From the NCBI RefSeq assembly GCF_009914755.1, contig NC_060929.1: a stretch of 64,000 nucleotides of DNA, one strand, 5' to 3'. The DNA comes from the human T2T-CHM13v2.0 reference genome, Homo sapiens. This document shows positions 13,340 through 26,800 of this stretch, one piece after another; the stretch's first letter is position 1; the number at the start of each line of letters is the position of its first letter. Below the pieces are notes generated by a model. The model saw only the letters and a program-made list of their open reading frames with translations. It made no database searches and was not told the DNA's origin. The position numbers were made by a program, and so were the translations under genes.

Positions 13340-13800
13340 AGCAGAGTAGTCATGAATGTGGGTTCCTGGGCCAGATTGCCTGGGAGTGAATCCTGGCTCT
13401 GGTTTTGGCTAACTGAATGATATTGGGAAATTCATTCAGCTGTGCGGCAATTGCCCTCCCTGTAAAAGTGCAATAGTAGCAGTAACTACTTCATAGAGTA
13501 ATTTTAAATTAAATTCTTCATGGCATGAGAAGTGCTTAGAATAGCAGGTGAAACTTATGTTTTTAAAATTTTACTATTGCCAATGTTTTCATGGTCATTC
13601 TTAATCATACCTTCAGTAGATAGGATGCTTGTTGAGATGGACAGCGTGCCTGGATTCTCCCTGCAACTTAACTATCAACCAGCTCTATGACCTGGAAAAA
13701 AAATGACTTGACCTTCCTGGGCTTCAGTCCTCTTATTTATCAAAAGAGGGATTGGCCTAGATAATATCTAAATGTCCCAATAATACTAAAATGCGATGAT
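13340..13800 (+). mobile_element. Two MIR-family SINE relics
   Basis: gccagattgcctgggagtgaatcctggctct...ctgtaaaagtg (13340-13580) and agctctatgacctgg...gcttcagtcctcttatttatcaaaagaggggattgg (13620-13800). Confidence 0.7.
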
Positions 13801-16119
13801 CCTATTATATCATTCGCCAATTGTGAGTTTAGAGAAAATACTTTAAAAGGGAATATCAAAAAGACCTAATAAAAATAAATGAAAAGGAGAGATTGTGTTT
13901 AAATTTCTCTTGACTTGGAATCAGGACAACTGGATCGAGGCCTGGCTGCTTACTATCCTTCTTAACCCACCCCACCTTTCACTCTTGTTTTTCTTTTTGG
14001 CTCAGTATGGCTCTTGGGGAGCATGTTGGCAGAAAGCTGAAAAAGGAAAAAAAAAGCTTTGATTGAAAACAAGCAGTTTACAGATGGGTTGGATGTGTGC
14101 ATGGGGTAGGGGTGCATGTAGTCACCATCTCGTCTCAAGAAACCTGAGAGACATTCCATGTTGAGAGAAGTCACATGAAGTGAAGCCAGTGGTCACATCT
14201 AAAAGGAGACCAACTCCTGCACATTATAAGATTTGAACTCAGAAAGTTGTTATTTATATTCTTGTTTATTTCAAAATATGCAACACGTGCTAGATAAGCA
14301 GGTAGACTTATCCAGTGAATGCTGAAGAGCTCTCTCTCCTTGCCACCCTATGGATCGGATTGCCCCCTTCAGCCTGAGTTCTTCCCTTCACTCGTTTTGA
14401 ATCTGGCTCTTGCTCAGTGGGCAGTATGATCTAAAAGTAAGCCTCTCTGTCTCCCAACAAGGTAACTCTATTTCTGTTTGTAAAAAAATGTTTTATAAAA
14501 TATAGAAAATTTGGTCTTCAGTCTTTATCATATATGGAAAACCTTCCCTTTTCTGAAGAGTGATTCCATTAGCTAAAATATTAAGTGATCGAATACTAAA
14601 ACAACCAACTTGACTAACACCTTTTAGACTATTCACTCACCCCTGCCTCTCATAAGGGAGTTTGAAAATTTAGGGAGTTCCCCTTCAGCAAAGAGGCTAT
14701 TGTCCAAATAGTGCATCATATGCACAGCTCCATGCAGGATGCTTATTAAGACACCCTTATTCATCCTGAGCTGACCCAAATGCAAGCAAGGCTCTCTGAG
14801 CTTCTTTCTCAAGGGCATAGTGAGAACATTCCCTACCACCCAGCTGTGTAGTGCAGTTTAATGAGGAAATGGATGTGAACCTGATTTTTAGACTAGAAAA
14901 CATACTTCCAATTAGGTGATTATTTTAAGCTTCTAGCTAAAGATGGCTTAATGATCAATTCTGTCTTGTAGTTGGAAACATTAACTGTTTCCAACTCCCA
15001 AGAGCTTCCAGTTTTTCCATCCTTTCCATCATTTCTATGACTCTGTATGCATGTTCTTCATACATGAGATGTGATCATTAACAAAATTCATTCTGGTACC
15101 CTTTCTGTATATGAATTATAATCTACACTTTTATTATCATCCTTTCATGTTCCATAATTCCAGTATTTCCTAGCTTTCCTTCCATGGCATTCTGCTTGTA
15201 CAAGTGGAAAAATCAGGTAAATTACAGAAATCAACTAGTCTCTTTATATAAAACAGAAAGTCATGAAATATAAATTAAAAATATACAATGCTTTTGTCAT
15301 AAAACTACAAAGTATTCAATAACAGCAAGACAGAAAACAGGGAGGTTGCTTCTTCCCTATTGAGAGCACAGAGGAAGCCCCTCTCATGGTGTTGAGTTGT
15401 CTGTCTCCATCATGGTCACAGCCCTCTTGCTAAAACCAGAAAGATGCCTCTAGGTGGTGATTTTAAAACATTAAAGATTTTAAGAGTTGCCAACTGCAAA
15501 GAGTTGGCATTCTAAGCAAACTGTAAAGAATCCTGTAGGCCTGGAATTGAGACCTGAGCTAACTTGTTGCTGGTAGTCTCACCATGCTTGAATCCTCACG
15601 AATGCCCCCCCAGGGCAACATGCCACCAGAGGCCCCCATCTTCTGCTTTGCTCCATAGGTTATATGACCTTGCCTTCCAGTCCCAGGAAGCCTGCTGTCC
15701 TCCTGATGACAAAAGGTTCAAGTGCCCTCAGGGATATAAGCATAGAAGGTAAATTTTACCTATTGCCTGAAAACCTAACTCAGCATATGAGTCCTTTTTG
15801 TGTCTACCATTTAATTTTTTTGTTATGTTATATGAAAAACAAAACAGGACAAAGTGACTTTTAAATAGAGATTGCAGAGGGCTTGATTGGGATAAAGCAC
15901 TTTCTGAGGCATCATCTCCTTTAACTCTTACACATCTTGGTGAGGAGGTAGTATTTTTACAATGAGCAAATTGAGATTCAGGGTAAGTAACTTTTCTATA
16001 TCCCCAAACTAGCCAATCATTTGTAGATATATTCAGAAAACTGACCTCTTCTTCACTAACTCTAAAAATTGTCATATTGTAGAAAATCCTGTTATAAAAT
16101 TAACCAATTTTATACATGT

Positions 16120-16616
16120 TGTATTAGGGTTCTCCAGGGAAACAGAACCATCAAGAGGAGGTGTGTGTGTGTGTGTGTGTGTGTGTGCATAAAGAGATTT
16201 ATTATGAGAAATTGACTCATGTGATTATGGAGCTTGAGAAGTCCCAAAAGCTGCAGTCAGCAAGCTGGAGGCCCAGGAAAACTGATAGTGTAAGTTCCTA
16301 TCTGAAAGGTGACAGATTCAAGACCCAGGAAGAGCCAGTGTTTCAGTCAGAATCAAAAAGCCAAGAAAGACCAGTGTCCTAGCTCAACAGTCAGGCAGGA
16401 GGAGTTCCCTCTTACTCAGCCTTTGTATTCTTTGGTCTTTGATTGTTGGATGAGGCCCACCCACATAAGGAAAGTTAATCTACTTTGCTCCATCCATGGC
16501 TTCAAATGCTAATCTTATCCCAAGTCACCCGCACAGACACAACCAGAATAATGTTTGGCTGAATGTCTGGGCACCCCATGGCCCAGTCATATTGACATGT
16601 AAAATTAACCATCACA
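16120..16616 (-). mobile_element. MLT2B-like ERVL solo LTR with internal (GT)n
   Basis: tgtattagggttctccagggaaacagaacc...ttgacatgtaaaattaaccatcaca. 5-bp flanks catgt/tgtgt are consistent with a CpG-decayed cgtgt TSD. Confidence 0.9.
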
Positions 16617-16782
16617 TGTGTTATATAGTTCTTAGGCAGGGAACACTGGTGTTTGTTGACTACTCACCCTGTGCTCTTTGCCAGGCACTGGAAAAGATTT
16701 AATCAAAGCAAACATTATTGTATTTGCTTTGGAGAGATTGGAGAAGACAGGGCTGATCTCACCATCAATAGCCTCTAGAGTA

Positions 16783-17115
16783 TCACTGTCCATTAGAGAT
16801 AGAGGGCAGTTTACATACACAAGCCACATGCATAATGTTAGTAGCCACATTTAAAAATGTATTTTTAATACATTTTTAATAAATTCTATTTTTATTTTTT
16901 AATAAATTTTAAGTTTATTTAACCTAGTATGCCAAAATAGCATTACAACATGTAACCAACATGAAAATTATTAATGAGATACTTTACATTCTATTTTGTT
17001 TTTACCAAGTCTTTGATCAGTGTGTATTTTTTAGCTACAACACATTTCAGTTCAGTCCAGCCACATTTCAGGTGCTCAGCAGCCTCTGACTAATGCCTGC
17101 TGTAGTGGACAGGGA
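16783..17115. mobile_element. MER33/MER3-like hAT-Charlie element
   Basis: cactgtcca...tagtagccacatttaaaaa...ttattaatgagatactttacattct...ccagccacatttcaggtgctcagcagcc...tggacag. Confidence 0.75.
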
Positions 17116-17723
17116 AGCCACAAGTGTCTGTTGTAGAATGCTCTATCTTATGTATCTTATTCTGGTGTGGGTTTTAGACCCAAGTTACTGAGGGTTTGGG
17201 AGAAAGAGCAACTGTTTGGAGGATTTGATATAACACCAGGAAAGTCTGAGTGGTATTAGACTTTGTCAGGACAAGCTGCTTGGGAAGATCAGACCTAGAT
17301 GCTGGGTAGTTACTCTCCATCTAGAGATTGCCAGGACTGCATTGTTAGAAGGTTATCTGTTACCTCTGGACCAGAATAGGCTGGTTCTTGGGCAGCCCTG
17401 CTCCTAGCTACTACTTCCTGCTCTGCATTACTCACTGCCACTTCTCTCCCAAGCCACAGTTACTGTTCCCTGCTACAAGAAATCCTGGGACTGGGAGTGG
17501 GGAGGCTGGTCTACAAAAGATTGAGCCAAAGCACACTTTATAGAAGTTTCTTCGTTGCACACCATTTGAGGGGAACATACTCTAGCATCACAAGGTTTAG
17601 CTAATGTCCCCATCAAAAGTACATAATATTATGTATTCTGCTCACAGTTCCCACCAGCATCTCCTTGTAAAGTTTTGCAGTTTTTCCTAAGATGTCTTAT
17701 ATATGCCCACACTGTATTCATAA

Positions 17724-18111
<388 letters not shown>

Positions 18112-20297
18112 CCACCTCTTTCTTAATGAAGCTTTCCTAGGCAGGCTTTTTCGTGTGAGCATCTCTGGATCTATTTGCTACCCACCCCATTCTTCATTGC
18201 CTGGGAGTCTCCTTATGCTCACAGAACTGCCCTTTACGCCTTGCTGGGGGAACTTTTGAGTATCAGTTTGAGGGTGGGCAATATCACTGATATTCTATAT
18301 CAAGGGAAAAATAATTTCAACTCTCAGGAGGCCAGAGCCAGAGAACAGTAGTGGTTGACCCCTGAATTTGGAGATAAAATATATTTAGAATCCAGTCTTT
18401 ATTGTTCTATAGTGGCATTTCCCTTGGAACAGAATTTTGCTTAATGAAGCAGAGAACAAGTTCTGTTTTATTTTTGAGTCCCCTTTGTCCTATTAAATAA
18501 AAAGTATTTTATTTTCCCAGAGGAAAATATAATAATCCCTGAATGGTGATTAAAGGGTTTTTCCCTGGAAGAGGAAAAATAATTTCATACCCTGCTAATA
18601 TTTACAATATAGTCAGACTTAATTAAGTTATCTAAATTGCAGTTAATTCAGGCATTTGTTTCTAGATGCAGAAGCTTTGAGTCAGACTACTAGTTAAATT
18701 ATTTCCTCTGGATGAGGGAAACCAGTGTTTCTCTCTCTCCCCTCAGATGCTTTTATGGCCATTGTTCCTTTCTGGGAGAATGTTATGTCCTTTGCGGGGA
18801 GCTCCCTCCCTGGCCGTGCCAAAACACCTTAAATGCCACTTCCTTCTGATCCCACCCTAGCACTTCCCACTTGATGCTTCCTAAATCACGTCATTTGCTG
18901 CCCAAATTGCACACAGGGCACACTTGTGTGCACACTCACCAAAGCTCATGCATTCTGGTAAACCATCTAAGCCAAATTAGAGGACAACACAAAGAACTGA
19001 TGAATAGAGAAAGGTGTCCAGTCCAATGCACCAACTCATTTATCATACATCAGCTTCCCTTTCTATTTACATTTTCCTGATCTCAGTCATCAGCCTTTAA
19101 TACTAATACACAATTTTATGATTATTATCCTTTCAACACAAAAGTTCTAGAATTGGGCTCAAGTTCGCCATTTCCATGATTATCAAATGTTTTATATAAA
19201 ATTTAAAAAACACAGCTTGCAAAGCTGCAAAGCTAATTATAATCGTGTCTCTCATGTTCTGCCTCACTAGACTTTTATTTCTGCAGTTTGCACTTTCATG
19301 GCTAATATGAAGCCTTTTTTGTGCAAATACCAACTGACTCCTTTTACTTTTCCATAGGAGGGGTCAGGGCTTTTGCAGATGATGCCTGAACCAAAAAGAG
19401 CAGAGAAAGAAGGTCATGATCAGAGGTGCCTCCTGGGGAGATGGAGACTTAGAAGGCAAGAACCACTCTCTAGAATCTAGACTGAAGTTCTGACACAGGT
19501 CTCCGGGTCATTTCTCTGCCCAGATAGAGCCATTTGATCTAGTTCTTATGAGATGCACCTTGGTGATGGTGCTGCCAAGTGAGACAATACTGGTTTATTT
19601 TATTTCATTTTCACTATCTTAGAGCTCAAGGTGAGAACTTCTAACTCACAAATGTAATTGAGTACCACAAAAAGAGCTATTTTGGTTGTCAGGCAGCAAG
19701 AACAAAACAAGAGAGACAAGTCACTATGCCTCAGGTCTCCCAGCCATCTGTCTCGGGGGTAGGGGGGTTCTCTGAGGATCCTGAGAGAATGGAAGGTGCA
19801 CGGGTCCCTCCAATTGATAAGGCTTTCTTTCAAATCATGAGCTCATCCATAAGCCTTGAAAAAGTCCTTCTCCAAGCTATCATTACATGATACCACTTCA
19901 CACACAGGGCGCCCTGTCCTTCTTAAGAGTGTTCTCTCTCTTCTTGCATTTAGAAAAGTCAAGTTTTTCTAAGCAGTTAGATGCTGTATTCTATAAGTGT
20001 ACCAACTAGGTTTCAAATACACAGTTTCCTACTCATTGATTATTATTATTTTGAATTGTCTTTGACTGTTGGACCTAAAGCTAAGGCCTGCACATAACCA
20101 CATAAGCTACCCTAAAGGCACTTGGCTTGATATAAGTTTCACTTAACTTTCCTAGTCCCCTTTCCTAACTTCCAAACTGATTCTTTGTTAGCAGCCTGAT
20201 GCATGGCCTTTCCTGAAATGAACATAGGTAAAGGGGTTTCTCTAAAGTTCTTAGCTCAAACTCTACTTCCTATCTGATTAAGTCACAGGTTTTCTCC

Positions 20298-20485
20298 CAG
20301 TGGTTCTCACCTTTTTTTTTTTTTTGGTGCTGGGTTGGGGGAATATCATAGACCGACTCTAGAACTGCTGAACACTGTAGACCTTCCTTTCAGATAATTG
20401 CACATGCAAACAAACTCCAACTAGTTGCAGATTATTTTAATACCCCGTAATGTTCATTCAGGAGCCCCAGGTTCATCTATGAACT
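20298..20485. mobile_element. hAT-Charlie-type MITE relic
   Basis: Begins cagtggttctca and ends ...ggagccccaggtt, typical Charlie-type termini. Highly diverged. Confidence 0.45.
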
Positions 20486-21149
20486 CCAGAGGTAGGATCC
20501 GGTTGACTGTAAGAATGTCTTTCCTTTCAATAAAAATGAAAATCTGCTCACCAGATGCTGAAATAGAGACAAAGTTCATATTGCAAACTAATTTGATTGT
20601 TTCAGGTCTTATTTTAATACAGTGAAAATAGTAGTTCTAAATATTTGATCAGTTTGGATTCAGTATCCAGAGGAATGTCTGCATATTAATTTAATCAAGG
20701 AAAGGAAAAGAATGAAATGGAGGGTCACCACTAGACCGTTTCAGAATAGCATTTGCAAACGTTATTGTCCTGATTAGTGTGTTTTCCCCTTTCTGGGTAA
20801 TTATAAGCTGTTCATAAGAACATGCTGATCTCCTAGCATTTAAATGGCACTTCCTTGGTCTGATACTTGGAGAGTTTCTGCTGTTTTGACAAGCATCTGC
20901 TCCAGGCAGTTTAATCCTGCTGCCTACTTTTCATTTCTATTGAGACAGAAAGAATTTTATAGTAATTGTTGGTTATTTGAAGGGCTATAATAAATAATCA
21001 TATGAGCTCTTATTCAAATTGTGAGGCGCTTTTACTCTCTAATAAGTTCAGGCAAATTAGCCAGTAAAGAACAGTTTGCTTTAGATAAATAATACATTGA
21101 AAATACGGGTAACAATCCTGACATTTATATCAAATTTCAGTCTTTAGGA

Positions 21150-21400
21150 CAAGAATGCGCTAACATACTATAAAAGCTGATTTATCTAGCATCTTTTTAG
21201 AATTTTCTCTACATAGTAATACTTCTGAAACCACTAATACTGAAGATTGTGATATATATGAAGCTGAAATGCAAGAATATGGTAATATACTATAAAAGCT
21301 GAATTATCTGGCATCTTTTGGGATTCTCTGTGCATGTCAATACTCTTGAAACCACTACTACTAAAAATGTTGATATATTAACATATGAAGCTGAAACACA
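21150..21400. repeat. Diverged tandem duplication, period about 122 bp, two copies
   Basis: caagaat...atactataaaagctga..tatct.gcatctttt...aatact..tgaaaccacta...gatatat...atatgaagctgaaa starts at 21150 and again at 21272. Confidence 0.9.
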
Positions 21401-21543
21401 ATGGGAATCATTAAGGACTAAATTATTATCTCAAACTGTTTATTTTCCTGTTTCATATTTTACTCCCATTATGGGCAAGTTGGTGATTTATGCTTGATAG
21501 ACCTGAGAAATCTGTCACTCAGAACTCTTTGTAACAGTATTAC

Positions 21544-22265
21544 TATGTCCGGAATTGGTTCCTTCTGGTGGGTTCTTGGTCTTGCTGACTTCAAGAATGA
21601 AGCCACGGACCCTCGTGGTGAGTGTTACAGTTCTTAAGGATGGTGTGTCCGCAGTTTGTTCTTTCAGATGTTCAGATGTGTCCACAGTTTCTTCCTTCGG
21701 GTGGGTTCGTGGTCTCACTGACTTCAGGAGTGAAGCTGCAGACCTTTGTGGTGAGTGTTACAGCTCATAAAGGTAGTGCGGACCCTTTATGAGTGAGCAG
21801 CCCATAAAGAGTGAGCAGCAGCAAGATTTATTGTGAAGAGTGAAAGAACAAAGCTTCCACAGCGTGGAAGGTGACCTGAGTGGGTTGCTGCTGCTGGCTC
21901 AGGTGGCCAGCTTTTATTCCCTTATTTGGCCCTGCCCATATCCTGCTGATTGGTCCGTTTTACAGAGTGCTGATTGGTCTGCTTTTACAGAGTGCTGATT
22001 CGTGCGTTTACAAACCTTTAGCTAGACACAGAGCACTGATTGGTGCATTTACAGTCCTTTACCTAGTCAGAAAAGTTCTCCAGGTCCCCACCCGATTAGC
22101 TAGACACAGAGTGCTGATTGGTGCATTTTTACAGAGTGCTGATTGGTGTGTTTACAAACTTTTAGCTAGATACAGTGCTGATTTGTGCATTTACAATCAT
22201 TTAGCTAGACAGAAAAGTTCTCCAAGTTCCCACTCGACCCAGAAGCCGGCCAGCTTCACCTCTCA
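21544..22265 (-). mobile_element. LTR12-family (ERV9) solo LTR
   Basis: tgtccggaattggttccttctggtgggttcttggtc...gtgagtgttacag...repeated agtgctgattggt...cagcttcacctctca. 4-bp TSD ttac at 21540-21543 and 22266-22269. Confidence 0.95.
21905..22200 (-). promoter_or_regulatory. LTR12 U3 promoter/enhancer: CCAAT (NF-Y) array plus AATAAA-type TATA box
   Basis: Five intact gattgg (CCAAT on minus) near 21948, 21972, 22038, 22116 and 22141, two degenerate copies, and cttttattcc at 21911. Activity not demonstrated. Confidence 0.55.
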
Positions 22266-22577
22266 TTACTACTAAATAAATAGTGTAAAAACTTGAAAAA
22301 CACAGAAAAGCACAAAGAAGAAAGTAAAAAATACAATACTATCCTCAAGGTGTATAAATAATGAGAGTGATTTCACTCCACAGGGAAGTTTAACCTGTAA
22401 TAGGATAGCAGGAAATTTAAGTTTTCAGTCATCTGTCATGTTTGTTTATGCTTTCTTCTTTTCATTTCAACAGGTTCTTCCTTTTACTCACTATATTCTT
22501 CCTCCCCCTACTCTGTATGGACTACTTTTGTAGTGTTTATATGGTATATAACATTTTTTAAAATTTTATAGTCAGTC

Positions 22578-22830
22578 CAACATAGTGGTTAGAAGCTTGG
22601 GCTTCTGAATCTGGCTGTGTCAATTCCAAACCATTTTCATTCTGTGTGAAATTGGACAGGTTGCATTTCCTCTTTGTCTCAACTTTATCACCTATAAAAT
22701 ATGGATGGTTATCATACTAAGGTCCTAGGGAGGAACTATTGTGCTAATGAGGAGTACATGAATTAATACCTGTAAAGCTCTTAGTGCAGTATCTGGCATT
22801 TAATAAAGATTAGCTGTTATATCAGCTATT
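22578..22830 (+). mobile_element. MIR SINE
   Basis: catagtggttagaagcttgggc...ctataaaatatggatgg...tgtaaagctcttagtgcagtatctggca...taaagattagctgtta. Confidence 0.75.
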
Positions 22831-23023
22831 ACTGGGAATTTTGGTTGTGCTTTTGAATAAAAATAATTTTCTTTTTTTCTGATCATAAGTTTTATAATGC
22901 TTATGATAAACAACACTATAGAAAGTGGAAAAACACAATACCTTCCCTCAAAGAGTAGCATCCTCTCATTCTCTATCTGCCACCAGTGGTTTAGTGTTAA
23001 GAGTTTTGCTATAGCTGCAACTA

Positions 23024-23310
23024 CATATACACTTATCTATGTGTGTATATATGTGTGTACATATCATATACACACATATATGTATGTACATATCACACAC
23101 ACATATATGTATGTACATATCATACACACACATATATGTATGTACATATACACACATATATGTATGTACATATATACACACATATATGTATGTACATATA
23201 CACACATATATGTATGTACATATCATATACACACATATATGTATGTACATATCATATACACACATATGTATGTACATATCATATACACATACATATGTAT
23301 GTACACACAC
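23024..23310. repeat. Alternating purine-pyrimidine minisatellite, units of about 22-29 bp (tatgtatgtacatat[cat]atacacacata)
   Basis: About nine variable tandem copies read directly. Confidence 0.95.
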
Positions 23311-23329
23311 AAACTCACACAATTTGTAT

Positions 23330-23670
23330 AGGTAATTTTGAAAGGGCTAATACTAAATGCTCTATAAACTCCAGCTTTTTTCATTTGATAAATTCTAGAG
23401 ACCTTTTGTTGTCAATAAGTAAATATTTACTTCATAAAATTTTGTAGATTTTTTCTCTATGGCTTATTCATATATATTTTTAATTGTATTGCTGATATAA
23501 AGGAAAGCTGTTAATGTTGGCTTTTTTGCCTTATACCCAGTTCCCTTACTGAATATTCCAACTAGTTTTTAAAGTTGTATTTAGTTTATTATTTAGATTT
23601 TCTAGTTAGGCATCATATCAACTGCAAAAACTTGTCTCATTCTTTCCAACATTTATAGTTGTCATTTGTT
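23330..23670 (-). mobile_element. Ancient L1M fragment, continuing at about 29811-29870 and split by the full-length L1
   Basis: ttatacccagttcccttactgaat...gattttctag...catcatatcaactgcaaa resumes as ttattgcattggcccaaactttc after the insertion. Confidence 0.55.
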
Positions 23671-23884
23671 CTTTTTTTTAAATTATACTTTAAGTTCTGT
23701 GTTACATGTACAGAATGTGCAGTTTCGTTACATAGGTATACACGTGCCATGAGTGTTTGCTGCACCCAAAAACCTGTCACCTACATTAGGCATTTCTCCT
23801 CATGATATCTCTCCCCTAGCCCAACACCCCCCACAGGCCCTGGTATGTGATGTTCCCCTCCCTGTGTCCATGTATTCTCATTGT

Positions 23885-26800
23885 TCAACTCCCACTTATG
23901 AGTGAGAACACATGGTGTTTGGTTTTCTGATCTTGTGATAGTTTGCTGAGACACATGATTTCCAGCTTCATCCATGTCCCTGCAAAGGACGTGAACTCAT
24001 CCTTTTTTATGGCTGCATAGTATTCCATGGTATATATGTGCCACATTTCCTTAATCCAGTCTATCATTGATGGACATTTGGGTTGGTTCCAAGTCTTTGC
24101 TATCGTGACTAATGCTGCAATAAACATACGTGTGCATGTGTCTTTATTGTAGAATCTTTGGGTATATGCCCAGTAATGGGATTACTGGGTCAAATGGTAA
24201 TTCTAGTTCTAAAACCTTGAGGAATTGCTGCACTCTGTACCACAATGGTTGAACTAATTTACACTCCCACCACGTTCCTATTTTTCCATATCCTCTCCAG
24301 CATCTATTGTTTCCTGACTTTTTAATGATTGCCATTCTAACTGGCATGAGATGGTACCTCACTGAGGTTTTGATGTGCATTTCTCTAATGACCAGTGATG
24401 ATGAGCATTTTTTCATGTCTGTTGGCTGCACAGATGTTTTCTTTTGAGAAGTGTCTGTTCATATCCTTTGCCCATTTTTGGATGGGGTTGTTTTTTTCTT
24501 GTAAATTTGTTTTAGTTCTTTGTAGATTCTGGATATTAGTCCTTTGTCAGATGGATAGATTGCAAACATTTTCTCCCATTCTGTAGGTTGCCTGTTCACT
24601 CTGGTGATAGTTTATTTTGCTGTGCAGAAGCTCTTTAGATTAATTAGATCCCATTTGTCAATTTTGGCTTTTGTTGCCATTGCTTTTGGTGTTTTAGACA
24701 TGAAGTCTTTGCCCATGCCTATGTCCTGAATGGTATTGCCCAGGTTTTCTTCCAGGATTTTAGAACTTATGTTTAAGTCTTTAATCCATCTTGAGTTAAT
24801 TTTTGTATAAGGTGTAAGGAAGGGGTCCAGTTTCAGTTTTCTGCATATGGCTAGCCAGTTTTCTCAACACCATTTATTAAATAGGGAATCATTCCCCCAT
24901 TGCTTGTGTGTGTTAGGTTTGTCAAAGATCAGATGGTGGTAGATGTGTGCTATTATTTTGAAGGCCTGCGTTCTGTTCCATTGGTCTATATATCTGTTTT
25001 GGTACCAGTACCATGCTGTTTTGGTTACTGTAGCCTTGTAGTATAGTTTGAAGTCAGGTAGCATGATGCCTCCAGCTTTGTTCTTCTTGCCCAGGATTGT
25101 GTTGGCTATGTGGACTCTTTCTGGCTTCATATGAAGTTTTTAAAGTAGTTTTTTCCAATTTTGTGAGTAAAGTCCGTGGTAGCTTGATGGGGATAGCATT
25201 GAATCTATAAATTACTTTGGGCAGTAAGGCCATTTTCATGATATTGATTTTTCCTATCCATGAGCATGGAATGTTTTTCGATTTGTTTGTGTCCTCCTTT
25301 ATTTTGTTGGGCAGTGGTTTGTAGTTCTCTTTGAAGAGGTCCTTCACATCCCTTTAAGTTGTATTCCTAGGTATTTTATTCTCTTCGTAGCAATTGTGAA
25401 TGGGAGTTCACTCCTGATTTGGCTCTCTGTTTGTCTGTTATTGGTATATAGGAGTGCTTGTGATTTTTGCACATTGATTTTGTAACCTGAGACTTTGCTG
25501 ACTTTGCGTATCAGATTAAGGAGATTTTGGGATGAGACGATGGAGTTTTCTAAATATACTATCATGTCATCTGCAAACAGAGACAATTTGACTTCCTCTC
25601 TTCCTATTTGAATACCCTTTATTGCTTTCTCTTGCCTGATTGCCCTGGCCAGAACTTCCAACACTATGTTGAATAGGAGTGGTGAGAGAGGGCATCCTTG
25701 TCATATGCCGGTTTTCAAAGGGAATGCTTCCACTTTTTGCCAATTCAGTGATATTGGCTGTTGGTTTGTCATAAATAGATCTTATTATTTTGAGATGTGT
25801 TCCACTGATACCTAGTTTATTGTGAGTTTTTAGCATGAAAGGCTGTTGAATTTTGTCAAAGGCCTTATCTCCATCTATTGAGATAATTATGTGGTTTTTG
25901 TCATTCGATCTGTTTATGTGATGGATTACATTTATTAATTTGCATATGTTGAACCAGCCTTGCATCCCAGGGATGAAGCTGACTTGATCGTGGTGGATAA
26001 GCTTTTTGATGTGCTGCTGGATCCAGTTTGCCCGTATTTTATTAAGGATTTTTACGTCAATGTTCATCAGGGATATTGGCCTAAAATTCTCTTTTTTTGT
26101 TGTGTCTCTGCCAGGCTTTGGTGTCAGGATGATGCTAGCCTCATGAAATGAATTAGGGAGGATTCCCTCTTTTTCTATTGATTGGAATAGTTTCAGAAGG
26201 AATGGTATCCATTCCTCTTTGTACCTCTGGTAGAATTCGGCTGTGAATCTGTCTGGTCCTGGACTTTTTTTGGTTGGTAGGCTATTAATTATTGCCTCAA
26301 TTTCAGAACCTGTTATTTGTCTATTCAGAGATTCAACTTCTTCCTGGTTTAGTCTTGGGGGCTGTATGTGTCCAGGAATTTATCCATTTCTTCCAGATTT
26401 TCTAGTTTATTTGCGTAGAGGTACTTATAATATTCTCTGATGGTAGTTTGTATTTTTGTGGGATCGGTGGTGATATCCCCTTTATTATTTTTTATTGCAT
26501 TTATTTGAGTCTTCTCTTTTTCTTCTTTATTAGTCTTCCTAGCGATCTATTTTGTTGATCTTTTCAAAAAACCAGCTCCTGGATTCATTGATTTTTTGAA
26601 GGGTTTTTTGTGTCTCTATCTCTTTCAGTTCTGCTCTGATCTCATTCTTTTCCTGTCTTCTGCTAGCTTTTGAATTTGTTTGCTCTTGCTTCTCTAGGTC
26701 TTTTAATTGTGAGGTTAGGGTGTTGATTTTTGATCTCTCTTGCTTTCTCTTGTGGGCATTTAGTGCTATAAATTTTCCTCTACATAATGCTTTAAATGTG

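Noticed and set aside
17620-17635. 16-bp perfect palindrome tacataatattatgta
   Set aside because: About one such AT-rich palindrome is expected by chance in 64 kb.
18305-18587. 15-bp direct repeats ggaaaaataatttca about 270 bp apart, as TSDs of an orphan insertion
   Set aside because: No poly-A tail or recognisable insert, and an AT-rich match of this length is near chance level.
23024-23310. Regularly spaced repeats as a CRISPR-like array (also the LTR12 subrepeats at 21940-22230)
   Set aside because: No unique spacers, no cas genes and a primate context. These are simple tandem or LTR U3 repeats.
22897-23447. Overlapping 98-144 aa H/I/Y/T/C/M-rich ORFs
   Set aside because: Artefact of the stop-free RY minisatellite.
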